Of a stretch of 17,733 bases of DNA, positions 1 through 7,381 are shown piece by piece. The DNA is from a virus. Position 1 is the stretch's first letter, and each line of letters opens with the position of its first letter. A program made the position numbers and the translations under genes. Under the pieces are notes generated by a model, which was given only the letters and a program-made list of their open reading frames with translations, had not been told where the DNA came from and made no database searches. The DNA lies in the IMG/VR virus record IMGVR_UViG_3300014292_000013, positions 1-17,733 of that record; one strand, written 5' to 3'.

Positions 1-1791
1 AAAGCCACTGCACGAGATGCCATTGCAATTGGCGGTAATGTGAAAGAACCTGGTGATACTCTAGCTACTCAAAAAACAACTGCATCTGGTAGACAATCCA
101 TCGCTCTTGGATATAAAGCAAATTCTAAAGGCGTTTCCGGAATTTCTATTGGTACTAATGCTTATTCTGAAGGAAGAGGTGCTGTTAGTATTGGTAGCTG
201 GTCTATTGCATCTGGAGATGGTGCAACAGCAGTAGGCGGAGGTAATGCTGGAGCAGATAGAGCCGTTGTTGTTGGTTCTGGGAATGCAGATGGTAAAGAA
301 TCTGTTTCTGTGGGGTCATATTCAAGAGTATACGCTGAAGGTGCTGTTGGTATTGGCAGAAATGTTTTTATTGATGATAGTGCAACAAACTCTGTTGTTA
401 TTGGCTCTTCCTCTGAGACAATTAGTAAAAAGAATGTGACAGCTATCGGTTCCAATACATATTCTGAAGTTGAAAATAGTGTAGCACTCGGAACATCGGC
501 AAGAGCAGATGAAGTAGTTTCTACTAGCTCTGCGAATATTGCTGGTAAAACATATAATTTTGCGGGTAAAACAGCTGATGGTACAGTAAGTATTGGTGGT
601 AAAATTATATCTGGTTATGAAACAGATAGATACGGAATACCTATCTTCGATGATAATGGTAATATGATTCCTATAGTTGATAAAACTGCTTATCGCACTA
701 TCACAAATGTAGCTGCTGGTCGTATCTCCGATACTTCCACCGATGCAGTTAATGGTAGTCAATTGAATGCAGCTATTAAAGGTATTGATAAGAATCATCA
801 AGATATTGTAGATACTGCAAAAGGTCTACAAATGCTAGGTGACGTTGTAGCAGACCATGAAGTAGCGATTGCTGCTAATAAACAATCAGCAGCTGATGCT
901 ATGGCAGAAGCTAAAAAGCATACAAGCGTTGTTGCTGGTGACAATGTAGCTGTTACAACTGGTACAAATACAGCTAATGGTAAAAAATATACTGTATCTG
1001 TTAAAAAAGACCTTACAGATATGAATTCTATTAACTTCGGTGCCAATACTGATTCTAAACATTCTATTACAAATAAAGATGGTATGCATGTATTCAATGG
1101 TGAAGTAAATACTAATTATGATTCTAATGGTATTAAAATTGAAAATACTAATACTTTAGAAACTGCTCAATATACTATGAATGGTATGCAAGCTTCTGAT
1201 GATAATGCTACTATTCGTTTCACTACTACAAATATTGATGCTGGCAATCAACAAATTCATGGTGTTAAAGCTGGTACAGCTAATACCGATGCTGTTAATG
1301 TAAGCCAACTTAAAGAAGTAGGAAATAAAGTTAATGATAACTCTGGTCGTATTAACAGAAACGAAAATCGTATCAATGATTTAGATAATAAAATTAATGA
1401 TGTTGGTCGTAATGCTTTAGAACGTGCTAATCATTATACAGATTTGCAAGTCAATAAAGGCGTAGCTAAAGCGTCTGCTCTTGCTGGTTTAAAATTCTTA
1501 GATTATAATCCTAAAGATAAATGGTCCTTCGCAGCGAGCGTAGGCCATTACCGTAATGCTAATGCGGTTGCCGTAGGTGCCGCATACCAACCTAATGAAA
1601 ACACTATGGTTCATGGTGGTATTACAGTAGATGGTAAAATAGCATACAATTTAGGTGTAAGTGTTAAAGTTGGCGGTCAAAAATATATTAATAAATATAA
1701 ATTGGCTGAACAAGTTAAACAATTACAATCTGATAATGCAGAATTACGTCAAGAATTAGCTGAATTGCGTTCTATGATTGAAAAGCGATAA
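1..1791 (+). CDS. Trimeric autotransporter adhesin (YadA-like), 5'-truncated by the window edge
   Basis: Frame 1 is open from nt 1 (KATARDAIAIGGN...), so the gene starts upstream. It has repetitive G-rich head repeats (SIALG, SIGT, VSIGS, AVGG) and neck/stalk motifs (DAVNGSQLNAA, DAVNVSQLKEV). A C-terminal YadA-type membrane anchor is present (ALAGLKFLDYNPKDKWSFAASVGHYRNANAVAVGAAYQPNENTMVHGGITVDG...). An extra heptad-like tail of about 40 aa follows the anchor. Confidence 0.85.
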   Translation, partial: KATARDAIAIGGNVKEPGDTLATQKTTASGRQSIALGYKANSKGVSGISIGTNAYSEGRGAVSIGSWSIASGDGATAVGGGNAGADRAVVVGSGNADGKESVSVGSYSRVYAEGAVGIGRNVFIDDSATNSVVIGSSSETISKKNVTAIGSNTYSEVENSVALGTSARADEVVSTSSANIAGKTYNFAGKTADGTVSIGGKIISGYETDRYGIPIFDDNGNMIPIVDKTAYRTITNVAAGRISDTSTDAVNGSQLNAAIKGIDKNHQDIVDTAKGLQMLGDVVADHEVAIAANKQSAADAMAEAKKHTSVVAGDNVAVTTGTNTANGKKYTVSVKKDLTDMNSINFGANTDSKHSITNKDGMHVFNGEVNTNYDSNGIKIENTNTLETAQYTMNGMQASDDNATIRFTTTNIDAGNQQIHGVKAGTANTDAVNVSQLKEVGNKVNDNSGRINRNENRINDLDNKINDVGRNALERANHYTDLQVNKGVAKASALAGLKFLDYNPKDKWSFAASVGHYRNANAVAVGAAYQPNENTMVHGGITVDGKIAYNLGVSVKVGGQKYINKYKLAEQVKQLQSDNAELRQELAELRSMIEKR

Positions 1792-1800
1792 GTAAACAAT

Positions 1801-1968
1801 ATGGATAATAAATTAAGAGAAGAATTAAGAAGTCAATTATTCAATCAATTAGAACAAGACGAGCGTGAATTAGCTTATCTTGTATCTGAATATGGTTCAA
1901 TTATTGACAGATATTTATTTTTACAAGAGGAAATTGAATCTGTAAGAAGACAAATTCTATCTGTGTAA
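1801..1968 (+). CDS. Small coiled-coil protein (55 aa), hypothetical
   Basis: The ATG lies 9 nt after the adhesin stop. The product is MDNKLREELRSQLFNQLEQDERELAYLVSEYGSIIDRYLFLQEEIESVRRQILSV. A strong terminator follows directly. It is too short for the ORF track, and the RBS is weak. Confidence 0.35.
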   Translation: MDNKLREELRSQLFNQLEQDERELAYLVSEYGSIIDRYLFLQEEIESVRRQILSV

Positions 1969-1981
1969 AATAATAATTAAA

Positions 1982-2017
1982 GGCCCCTACGGGGGTCTTT
2001 TTATTTTTATTTTTTTT
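1982..2017 (+). terminator. Rho-independent terminator
   Basis: The stem GGCCCC/GGGGTC closes a UACG tetraloop (1982-1997). A long T-tract follows (TTTTTATTTTTATTTTTTTT). Confidence 0.8.
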
Positions 2018-2040
2018 ACGGCTTAGTGCCGCATCACAAG

Positions 2041-2058
2041 CCTTGTATTATATTGGTG
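2041..2058 (+). promoter_or_regulatory. Conserved 18-nt promoter-like motif, copy 1 (CCTTGTATTATATTGGTG)
   Basis: One of seven same-strand copies of CCTTGTATAATAWTGGTG. It contains a -10-like TATTAT hexamer. Confidence 0.55.
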
Positions 2059-2083
2059 ATATAATTGAAAGGAGATGCTGGAG

Positions 2084-2152
2084 ATGGCTAAAGTTTTATA
2101 TTCTATTTTATATGCTATTGTTTTTATTATTGTAATTAGTATTTTCCATTAA
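2084..2152 (+). CDS. Very small hydrophobic peptide (22 aa; 25 aa if started at 2075)
   Basis: A GGAG-containing stretch (aaaggagatgctggag) precedes the ATG. The product is MAKVLYSILYAIVFIIVISIFH. It sits directly downstream of motif copy 1. This is a speculative call. Confidence 0.2.
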   Translation: MAKVLYSILYAIVFIIVISIFH

Positions 2153-2178
2153 TATAAGGCTTTGGCTATTTCGGCACG

Positions 2179-2196
2179 CCTTGTATAATAATGGTA
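2179..2196 (+). promoter_or_regulatory. Conserved promoter-like motif, copy 2 (CCTTGTATAATAATGGTA)
   Basis: Perfect TATAAT at 2184-2189. A -35-like TTGGCT lies at 2162-2167. It sits 33 nt upstream of the regulator gene. Confidence 0.6.
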
Positions 2197-2228
2197 GATA
2201 AAAATTTTTAAAAAGAGGTAAAGAAAAA

Positions 2229-2849
2229 GTGGAACAAGAATTAATTTTTTCCAGTAGAAATGGCATTTTACATAAACGTCCTAGGTTAACTAAATTAACA
2301 GAGGCTCGTAAAAAAGCTGGTTATAATAATCAACGAAAAATTGCTAAAGAATTAAAAATTACACAAACAGAATATTGTTCTTATGAGTCTGGTAAAAAAG
2401 AAATGCCAGAACGAATTGCAAAAAGAATTTCTACGCTTTTAAACATGCCAATTGATGAAGTTACTTCTGTTAATTATCAAAATGAAAAATTAACAAAAGA
2501 TGCAACAAAAGTATTGGAAAAAATGTTTAAAATGCTGGGTGAATTAGAATTATGGCAACTTGATGAATTAGATAAAACTGTAACTAATATGAGTCTTATG
2601 AATGGTGTCATGAAGTATAGAAAAATGTTACAAAGAAATCGTAGAAAATTCAGAAAAAATGCTAAGGAATTAAAAGAAATTAAAATTAATAGAAATGATT
2701 TTACGCTTTTATTTTCTGATACTATTGATATGAAAGAAATATCTAACATATCTATTCATTATGAAACAATGTTAACTTTGATTGAATATGGTTTATTGCC
2801 AGAAAATCAATTAAAGGATTTCATTAAATATTTTAATATTATTAAATAA
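2229..2849 (+). CDS. XRE-family helix-turn-helix transcriptional regulator with a C-terminal domain of unknown function
   Basis: The N-terminal segment LTKLTEARKKAGYNNQRKIAKELKITQTEYCSYESGKKEMPERIAKRISTLLNM fits the HTH_XRE pattern. It uses a GTG start preceded by AGAGG. Confidence 0.75.
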   Translation: MEQELIFSSRNGILHKRPRLTKLTEARKKAGYNNQRKIAKELKITQTEYCSYESGKKEMPERIAKRISTLLNMPIDEVTSVNYQNEKLTKDATKVLEKMFKMLGELELWQLDELDKTVTNMSLMNGVMKYRKMLQRNRRKFRKNAKELKEIKINRNDFTLLFSDTIDMKEISNISIHYETMLTLIEYGLLPENQLKDFIKYFNIIK

Positions 2850-2885
2850 CTATATTTTTAAAGTAGACAAAAAGGAGAAAAGAAA

Positions 2886-3050
2886 ATGAACAAAGTATTT
2901 GAATTGGTAGGCCGTGCAGTTATCGGCGGGATTATTGGTTTTGCAGTTGGGTATGTAACCCAAACTGCAATTAACGGTGGTTTGGCTAATAATGTGAAAG
3001 CAGACGTTAAGGGTTTTAAGAAATTGGTCAAAGACACAATTAATGCGTAA
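2886..3050 (+). CDS. Small glycine-zipper membrane protein (54 aa)
   Basis: An AAAGGAG RBS lies 8 nt upstream of the ATG. The product is MNKVFELVGRAVIGGIIGFAVGYVTQTAINGGLANNVKADVKGFKKLVKDTINA. It is below the ORF-track size cut-off. Confidence 0.5.
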   Translation: MNKVFELVGRAVIGGIIGFAVGYVTQTAINGGLANNVKADVKGFKKLVKDTINA

Positions 3051-3056
3051 GCGAAA

Positions 3057-3074
3057 CCTTGTATAATATTGGTG
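3057..3074 (+). promoter_or_regulatory. Conserved promoter-like motif, copy 3 (CCTTGTATAATATTGGTG)
   Basis: Perfect TATAAT at 3062-3067. It sits immediately upstream of the ORF-free structured region. Confidence 0.6.
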
Positions 3075-3567
3075 AAATGCCTTAGTTAAGTTATTCGTCG
3101 CATTGCGGTTTAATTTAATTAAGGCTTTCATATATGTTGAAGGTCGGCATCGAACCTTCTGGGGCAAGCTGAGACTTGCGAATAATTGCGGTATTTGGAG
3201 GAAAGCTAAGTCATAAAGATATGTGAACTCCACTGAAGGCTATATGTAATAGTGTAGTCAAGTGTCCAATGGATTGAAACTCATTAGAGAATATAATATC
3301 CTAAAAGACCGCAACTTCCATTAGCGACGATACTAATGTTGAAGAAGTAGTGGACTACCCTATCGAAAGATAGGGACTATAACTTATATTGGCGGATTGC
3401 GTTGAGGTCGAAATACCTTTCATAATCATAAGTAAATTAATAGTAGACGTAAGAGCTACCATCCGCCAATATTTCATGGGCTTAGTAGAGAAAAAAAACT
3501 GGTGCAACTCCAGAAAAGCCCTGAAATACTATTATCGTAATTTAGGTGTTCCAACGGTTCCGGAATG
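3075..3567 (+). ncRNA. Large structured non-coding RNA candidate (about 0.5 kb), class unknown
   Basis: There is no credible ORF, and the region is visibly richer in G+C than its neighbours. Helices read by eye: 3074-3089/3115-3129 (15 bp); 3139-3144/3154-3159; 3164-3168/3175-3179; a GAAA-tetraloop hairpin at 3358-3364/3369-3375; a 12-bp helix at 3386-3397/3461-3472; and 3478-3483/3516-3521. A nested long-range complementarity pairs 3095-3108 with 3309-3330. Confidence 0.5.
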
Positions 3568-3585
3568 CCTTGTACGATAATGGTG
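3568..3585 (+). promoter_or_regulatory. Conserved promoter-like motif, copy 4 (CCTTGTACGATAATGGTG)
   Basis: Same length and flanks as the other copies. The hexamer is degenerate (TACGAT, or GATAAT shifted by 3). It lies 147 nt upstream of ssb. Confidence 0.45.
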
Positions 3586-3731
3586 AGTGAAATCATTTAG
3601 TCATTCATACCTGTTTGTATAAGGAAATGGTATTGGCAATGATAAAAAGAAGAGTAACTCAAATTTTTTAATTATAAGATAAAAGTTTTAAGTCCTCTAG
3701 TCAGATAGTAGAGGCAAAATAAGGAGTAATT

Positions 3732-4163
3732 ATGAACAACTTTAGTTTAATCAAAGGGTACGTATCCCGCAAAACAACTACTTTCCATCCAGCACGTGAT
3801 GGTAAAAAAGCTGTATTTAGCACAACTATCGCAGTAGCAACTGGCACAGTTGATGGCGAAGGTAAGAAAGTATATAACTGGGTACCAGTTAAATCCTTCG
3901 GTAAAACAGCTGAATTGATGAATGAAAATCTTGTTGGTGGTGATTACACAGAAATCACTGGTCGTTTGGGTATGAACCCACGTTATACCAATAAGAAAGG
4001 CGAAACAGTTTATGAAACTTGTTTCTTGGTAGCAACACAATTCTCTCGTTTGACTCAACGCGAAACTCCAAAAGCAACTGAAGTAGCTCAAGAAGAAGTT
4101 GAAAACTTTGCAGGAGCACCAGAAGTGTTCGGCGAAGAATTAGAAGGTGCAACAATTTTTTAA
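3732..4163 (+). CDS. ssb: Single-stranded DNA-binding protein
   Basis: The OB-fold pattern is present (NNFSLIKGYV..., AVFSTTIAV, WVPVKSFGKTAELMNENLVGGDYTEITGRLGMNPRYTNKKGETVYETCFLVA). The C-terminal tail is acidic and ends in ...EELEGATIF. The RBS is a strong AAGGAG. Confidence 0.75.
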   Translation: MNNFSLIKGYVSRKTTTFHPARDGKKAVFSTTIAVATGTVDGEGKKVYNWVPVKSFGKTAELMNENLVGGDYTEITGRLGMNPRYTNKKGETVYETCFLVATQFSRLTQRETPKATEVAQEEVENFAGAPEVFGEELEGATIF

Positions 4164-4184
4164 TTTAATTTAAACTAACATAAG

Positions 4185-4240
4185 AAAAATCATACATGAA
4201 CCACTGGCGTGAAGAGATGTATGATTTTTCTTTTTTTTGT
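4185..4240 (+). terminator. Rho-independent terminator after ssb
   Basis: The stem AAAATCATACAT/ATGTATGATTTT pairs 4185-4197 with 4217-4229. CTTTTTTTT follows. Confidence 0.7.
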
Positions 4241-4270
4241 TTTTTAACTTGAGTTAAAAAATATTTTTAG

Positions 4271-4299
4271 TTGAAATTAAAAAACAAAAGTGTTATAAC
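4271..4299 (+). promoter_or_regulatory. Sigma70-type promoter (TTGAAA, 17-nt spacer, TGtTATAAC)
   Basis: -35 TTGAAA at 4271-4276. The extended -10 has TG at 4291-4292 and TATAAC at 4294-4299. Confidence 0.5.
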
Positions 4300-4326
4300 A
4301 TTTTTTTAACGAAAGGAATTTTAATT

Positions 4327-4713
4327 ATGAAAGAAAATTATTCATTAGAAGAAATCGTAGAAACATTAGCTAAATTTAAAGAAGTTATGAATTATGTGCG
4401 TCAAAATCATGGCGTATGGGACAGCACTGTACAAGAATGTGATAAAGCATTTGGTGATATTCGTCATTATTGTGAACTACAATATCCTACACAACGTAGA
4501 GATAAAACAAAAGTAGTTCGTTTAATTCATGATTTTTCTGTTAAACGTCGTGAATGTAAAGATTATCTTGAAGTCTTGGCTCCATTATTTGAAAGTAATT
4601 TGGTTGAAGAAAAACAATTGATGAATGTCAATCGTATTATTAATCAAATTAAAAAGAACCAAGAGAAAAATCGTGCGTATAAACCTCGTGTATTAGAAGA
4701 TTTATTTAAGTAA
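4327..4713 (+). CDS. Hypothetical phage protein (128 aa)
   Basis: Long ORF with the RBS context TTAACGAAAGGA 9 nt upstream of the ATG. No family recognised. Confidence 0.7.
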   Translation: MKENYSLEEIVETLAKFKEVMNYVRQNHGVWDSTVQECDKAFGDIRHYCELQYPTQRRDKTKVVRLIHDFSVKRRECKDYLEVLAPLFESNLVEEKQLMNVNRIINQIKKNQEKNRAYKPRVLEDLFK

Positions 4714-4757
4714 TATAAATTTTCGTGTTATTTTTTAATTAGAAAAGAGGTGTTTAT

Positions 4758-4865
4758 ATGAAATTTTTAGTTAATCTATTAAAAAAAGTTGCACCAAAAT
4801 GTATTATGTGCCATAATAAAATAGAATTAGAAATCTTGGAAGCACGTCTTGCTTTAGATGAATAA
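4758..4865 (+). CDS. Small hypothetical protein (35 aa)
   Basis: An AAGAGGTG RBS precedes the ATG. The product is MKFLVNLLKKVAPKCIMCHNKIELEILEARLALDE. Confidence 0.35.
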   Translation: MKFLVNLLKKVAPKCIMCHNKIELEILEARLALDE

Positions 4866-4886
4866 TACGAAAGGACATTTTTTAAA

Positions 4887-5180
4887 ATGGCAGATACATA
4901 TTTTGTAAATGACTACGCTCTTAAAGACGCTGCGGAACTACGCAAAGAAACTGAAGAGCGAATTAAAAAAGCAGTAGAACGTATCGTTAAAATTTTGTAT
5001 AAAGCGATTACAACTGCGGCAGAGAAAAATGAATTTGAAGTTACGAGTACATTAGATTTAAGCTTCGACCATGATTTGGATAGAGCTACAGTTGAAGGTG
5101 TAAAAACAGAATTAATCAATAAAGGTTATACTGTTACTTACGAAACTGAAGACCATAATGTATGGAAAGTGACTTGGTAG
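4887..5180 (+). CDS. Hypothetical phage protein (97 aa)
   Basis: ORF with the RBS ACGAAAGGA. A terminator lies downstream. Confidence 0.7.
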   Translation: MADTYFVNDYALKDAAELRKETEERIKKAVERIVKILYKAITTAAEKNEFEVTSTLDLSFDHDLDRATVEGVKTELINKGYTVTYETEDHNVWKVTW

Positions 5181-5189
5181 TTTTTAATA

Positions 5190-5220
5190 AGCTCGGATAA
5201 TCATTCCGAGCTTTATTTTT
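5190..5220 (+). terminator. Rho-independent terminator
   Basis: An 8-bp stem AGCTCGGA/TCCGAGCT pairs 5190-5197 with 5205-5212. TTATTTTT follows. Confidence 0.75.
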
Positions 5221-5236
5221 ATATGGAGAAAAATCA

Positions 5237-5602
5237 ATGGTAAATGTATTCAAACCAACCGAAGAGGAATGGAATATGGGTGTTGTCGGCATTGAAGATA
5301 TGTACGGCAATAAAGTTTTATTTAATAATATTGTAATGCTATTAGGTCAAGAATATGGTATTTATTTATTAGTTTGTAATGATGACGATGAATATGGTGC
5401 TGCGTTAACAGATGACCCAACTTGTCAAGATAAGGAAAGTCGTATCCACTTTAATGAATTTTTAGATTATGAACATATTAAAGTCGTTGGTACGTATGAT
5501 AAAGATAACAAAGTGTTAATGGGTAAAATTGGTAAAACCGAAAAATGTATTTCTTGGCAAAGTAAAAAACGTCGAAATAAAAATATGAAAGTGAGTGCAT
5601 AA
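5237..5602 (+). CDS. Hypothetical phage protein (121 aa)
   Basis: ORF with a GGAG RBS. No family recognised. Confidence 0.7.
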   Translation: MVNVFKPTEEEWNMGVVGIEDMYGNKVLFNNIVMLLGQEYGIYLLVCNDDDEYGAALTDDPTCQDKESRIHFNEFLDYEHIKVVGTYDKDNKVLMGKIGKTEKCISWQSKKRRNKNMKVSA

Positions 5603-5603
5603 C

Positions 5604-5936
5604 ATGTTATTTTTAAAAAATATGCCAGCTCATGAATTTTTAGATAAATTCTTTAAGCTAGACAATCTAAAATTTGATACTATATATGATGATAAAATTT
5701 ATAATTATAATGTAGCTTCTTACAATGATAAAGAAAAATACGGAAATATTACTGTGTTAAATTTAAGTCTTTTAGAAAAACGAGATGAAAATTCTAACTG
5801 GGCAGATATTCAATATAAATATTTATTTTTAGAATTTTATCTTAATAACGATTTAATTAAATTTAGTGATGATACATCTGACAATAAAACAAAACAAATC
5901 GTTAAAGATTTTGTTGACGCAGTTATTAATGCATAG
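5604..5936 (+). CDS. Hypothetical phage protein (110 aa), possible paralogue of the next gene
   Basis: The ATG at 5604 is preferred over the GTG at 5595, which overlaps the upstream stop. It shares short motifs with 5948..6289 (DIQY, a C-terminal ..VI pattern). Confidence 0.6.
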   Translation: MLFLKNMPAHEFLDKFFKLDNLKFDTIYDDKIYNYNVASYNDKEKYGNITVLNLSLLEKRDENSNWADIQYKYLFLEFYLNNDLIKFSDDTSDNKTKQIVKDFVDAVINA

Positions 5937-5947
5937 AGGAGTAAAAA

Positions 5948-6289
5948 ATGAAAAAACTTATTGAATTAGAACCTGGAGTTTTAAGTGCCGAAAATTTTTT
6001 ATATCAATTACAAACATGTAAAAATGTTGTACTTGAAAATGGATACGATGAAAATTTTTATATTAAAAATGTATATGTTCCTAAAAATTTTAAAGAAGAA
6101 CGTACAATTTTGTTTAGCATAAATTTTTGGCGTAAAGATATACAATATCAAAGCCATGCTGTATATACACCAGTATGTATTGAATATTCAATAAATTTAG
6201 AAACTAATCTAATTTCTTGCACAGATAATAATGCTCCATTAGGTGCAGAATTGTTAAGTAAATTAATCAACGAAGTAATCCTTGTATAA
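5948..6289 (+). CDS. Hypothetical phage protein (113 aa)
   Basis: ORF with an AGAGGAG RBS. Its last codons overlap motif copy 5. Confidence 0.7.
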   Translation: MKKLIELEPGVLSAENFLYQLQTCKNVVLENGYDENFYIKNVYVPKNFKEERTILFSINFWRKDIQYQSHAVYTPVCIEYSINLETNLISCTDNNAPLGAELLSKLINEVILV

Positions 6290-6297
6290 TAGTGGTG
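6280..6297 (+). promoter_or_regulatory. Conserved promoter-like motif, copy 5 (CCTTGTATAATAGTGGTG)
   Basis: TATAAT at 6285-6290. It overlaps the stop codon of the upstream gene and lies 56 nt before the next ATG. Confidence 0.55.
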
Positions 6298-6352
6298 TGT
6301 CATTTCGGCATAGTATTTTTAATTTAATTTATTTGTATAAGGAGTTTTAATT

Positions 6353-6709
6353 ATGATGACTTTAACTTTTAATCACGAAGCAGAAGCTATTGCGATTATG
6401 CATCATATCACACAATTTGCACAAGAAAATAATAATATTGTACAAGCAGAAGAAGATAGTTTTTCTCTTGAATATTTTGTATCTACAGATTCAATCTGTG
6501 TATTCGCAATGAATGGTGAATTCTTGAGCATTGTGATGAGTGTAGTTCGTACTGGCACTAATATTCATTTTGAAACAGATATTGAAGATAATATCGCTGG
6601 CGGTGGTTATCCTCAGCCATTGGTTTATCAGATGACGATGAATTTGATGTCTGAAATTTTAGATGATTTCAATCAAAAAGAGTATATGAATTCTGTTTCT
6701 GAAGTATAA
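6353..6709 (+). CDS. Hypothetical phage protein (118 aa)
   Basis: ORF with an AAGGAG RBS. Confidence 0.7.
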   Translation: MMTLTFNHEAEAIAIMHHITQFAQENNNIVQAEEDSFSLEYFVSTDSICVFAMNGEFLSIVMSVVRTGTNIHFETDIEDNIAGGGYPQPLVYQMTMNLMSEILDDFNQKEYMNSVSEV

Positions 6710-6719
6710 TATTTTTATG

Positions 6720-6770
6720 ATAGCCACGCATGTATTTGCGTGGCTATATAAGTATTATTTTTATTTTTTT
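6720..6770 (+). terminator. Probable terminator
   Basis: An 11-bp stem ATAGCCACGCA/TGCGTGGCTAT pairs 6720-6730 with 6737-6747. T-rich sequence follows, but not immediately. Confidence 0.55.
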
Positions 6771-6788
6771 AAAGAAAGTGTGCAAAAA

Positions 6789-7169
6789 ATGGAATATATC
6801 ATTAGGCATGAATATAGAGATATACATAATGCATTATTAAGAATTTTTTCTGAAATCTTACAAGATAAAATGGAATATACAATTTATTCCTCAAAAACAG
6901 AAAAAAGAAGAAAAGATATTGTTGGCATGGGTATGCGAATGGTAACAGAAAAAGAATTTAGTATAACATTCCATATTAGAGAAAAAACAGATGGAGCTAC
7001 TTGCAATTCAACTATCGGTTGCGAATTAATTATGAAAGAACATGGTCTAGGTGAATTTGCTATTTTCTCTAGTAACAAAGATGAAGCATATACTATTGTT
7101 AATATTTTTGAGTTTTTAACAGAAAGATTCTATCGAGCTCAACTAGATAGAGAATTATTAGGTGAATAA
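6789..7169 (+). CDS. Hypothetical phage protein (126 aa)
   Basis: The ATG at 6789 was chosen because the track start at 6717 lies inside the terminator hairpin. Confidence 0.6.
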   Translation: MEYIIRHEYRDIHNALLRIFSEILQDKMEYTIYSSKTEKRRKDIVGMGMRMVTEKEFSITFHIREKTDGATCNSTIGCELIMKEHGLGEFAIFSSNKDEAYTIVNIFEFLTERFYRAQLDRELLGE

Positions 7170-7170
7170 T

Positions 7171-7347
7171 ATGTTATGTTATAAAGACAGAACGTATTGC
7201 GGAACAGATTGTAAATTGCAAGGCACTTGTAAAGAAAGTTTTGAGTACGCAAAAGAAGAACAAAAACAGCATCCAGATGAATTTGTAAGAAATTTACCAT
7301 TTTCTATTCGGTACAAAAGTGAATGTGAAAATTTTCAAAAAAAATAA
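7171..7347 (+). CDS. Small cysteine-rich protein (58 aa)
   Basis: The ATG lies 1 nt after the upstream stop. The product begins MLCYKDRTYCGTDCKLQGTCKESF...SECENF and carries 6 Cys, so a metal-binding role is possible. Confidence 0.5.
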   Translation: MLCYKDRTYCGTDCKLQGTCKESFEYAKEEQKQHPDEFVRNLPFSIRYKSECENFQKK

Positions 7348-7375
7348 TTGACATATACTATAACTATGTTAAAAT
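7348..7375 (+). promoter_or_regulatory. Strong sigma70-type promoter (TTGACA, 16-nt spacer, TGtTAAAAT)
   Basis: Perfect -35 TTGACA at 7348-7353. Extended -10 with TG at 7367-7368 and TAAAAT at 7370-7375. Confidence 0.7.
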
Positions 7376-7381
7376 ATACAT

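Noticed and set aside
162-1097. Several antisense or alternative-frame ORFs inside the adhesin gene (162..455 -, 245..439 +, 322..801 -, 798..1097 -, 886..1089 -).
   Set aside because: They are fully embedded in a gene with a clear domain architecture. Their translations are low-complexity and lack an RBS. They are typical shadow ORFs of a repetitive gene.
3389-3580. A 63-aa + strand ORF inside the 3.07-3.57 kb region, and the 127-aa minus-strand ORF at 2850..3233.
   Set aside because: The + ORF starts at a TTG with no Shine-Dalgarno sequence and spans the 12-bp helix and the other stems. The minus ORF overlaps a well-supported small + strand gene and would be the only minus-strand gene in the window. 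Both are better explained as chance ORFs in a structured RNA locus.
3057-3590. Interpreting the structured region as a group I/II intron, retron msr/msd or tmRNA.
   Set aside because: No split host gene flanks it, and no reverse transcriptase or intron-encoded ORF is nearby. I could not see a tRNA-like acceptor end or a tag reading frame. I cannot exclude these classes without a covariance-model search, so the class is left open.
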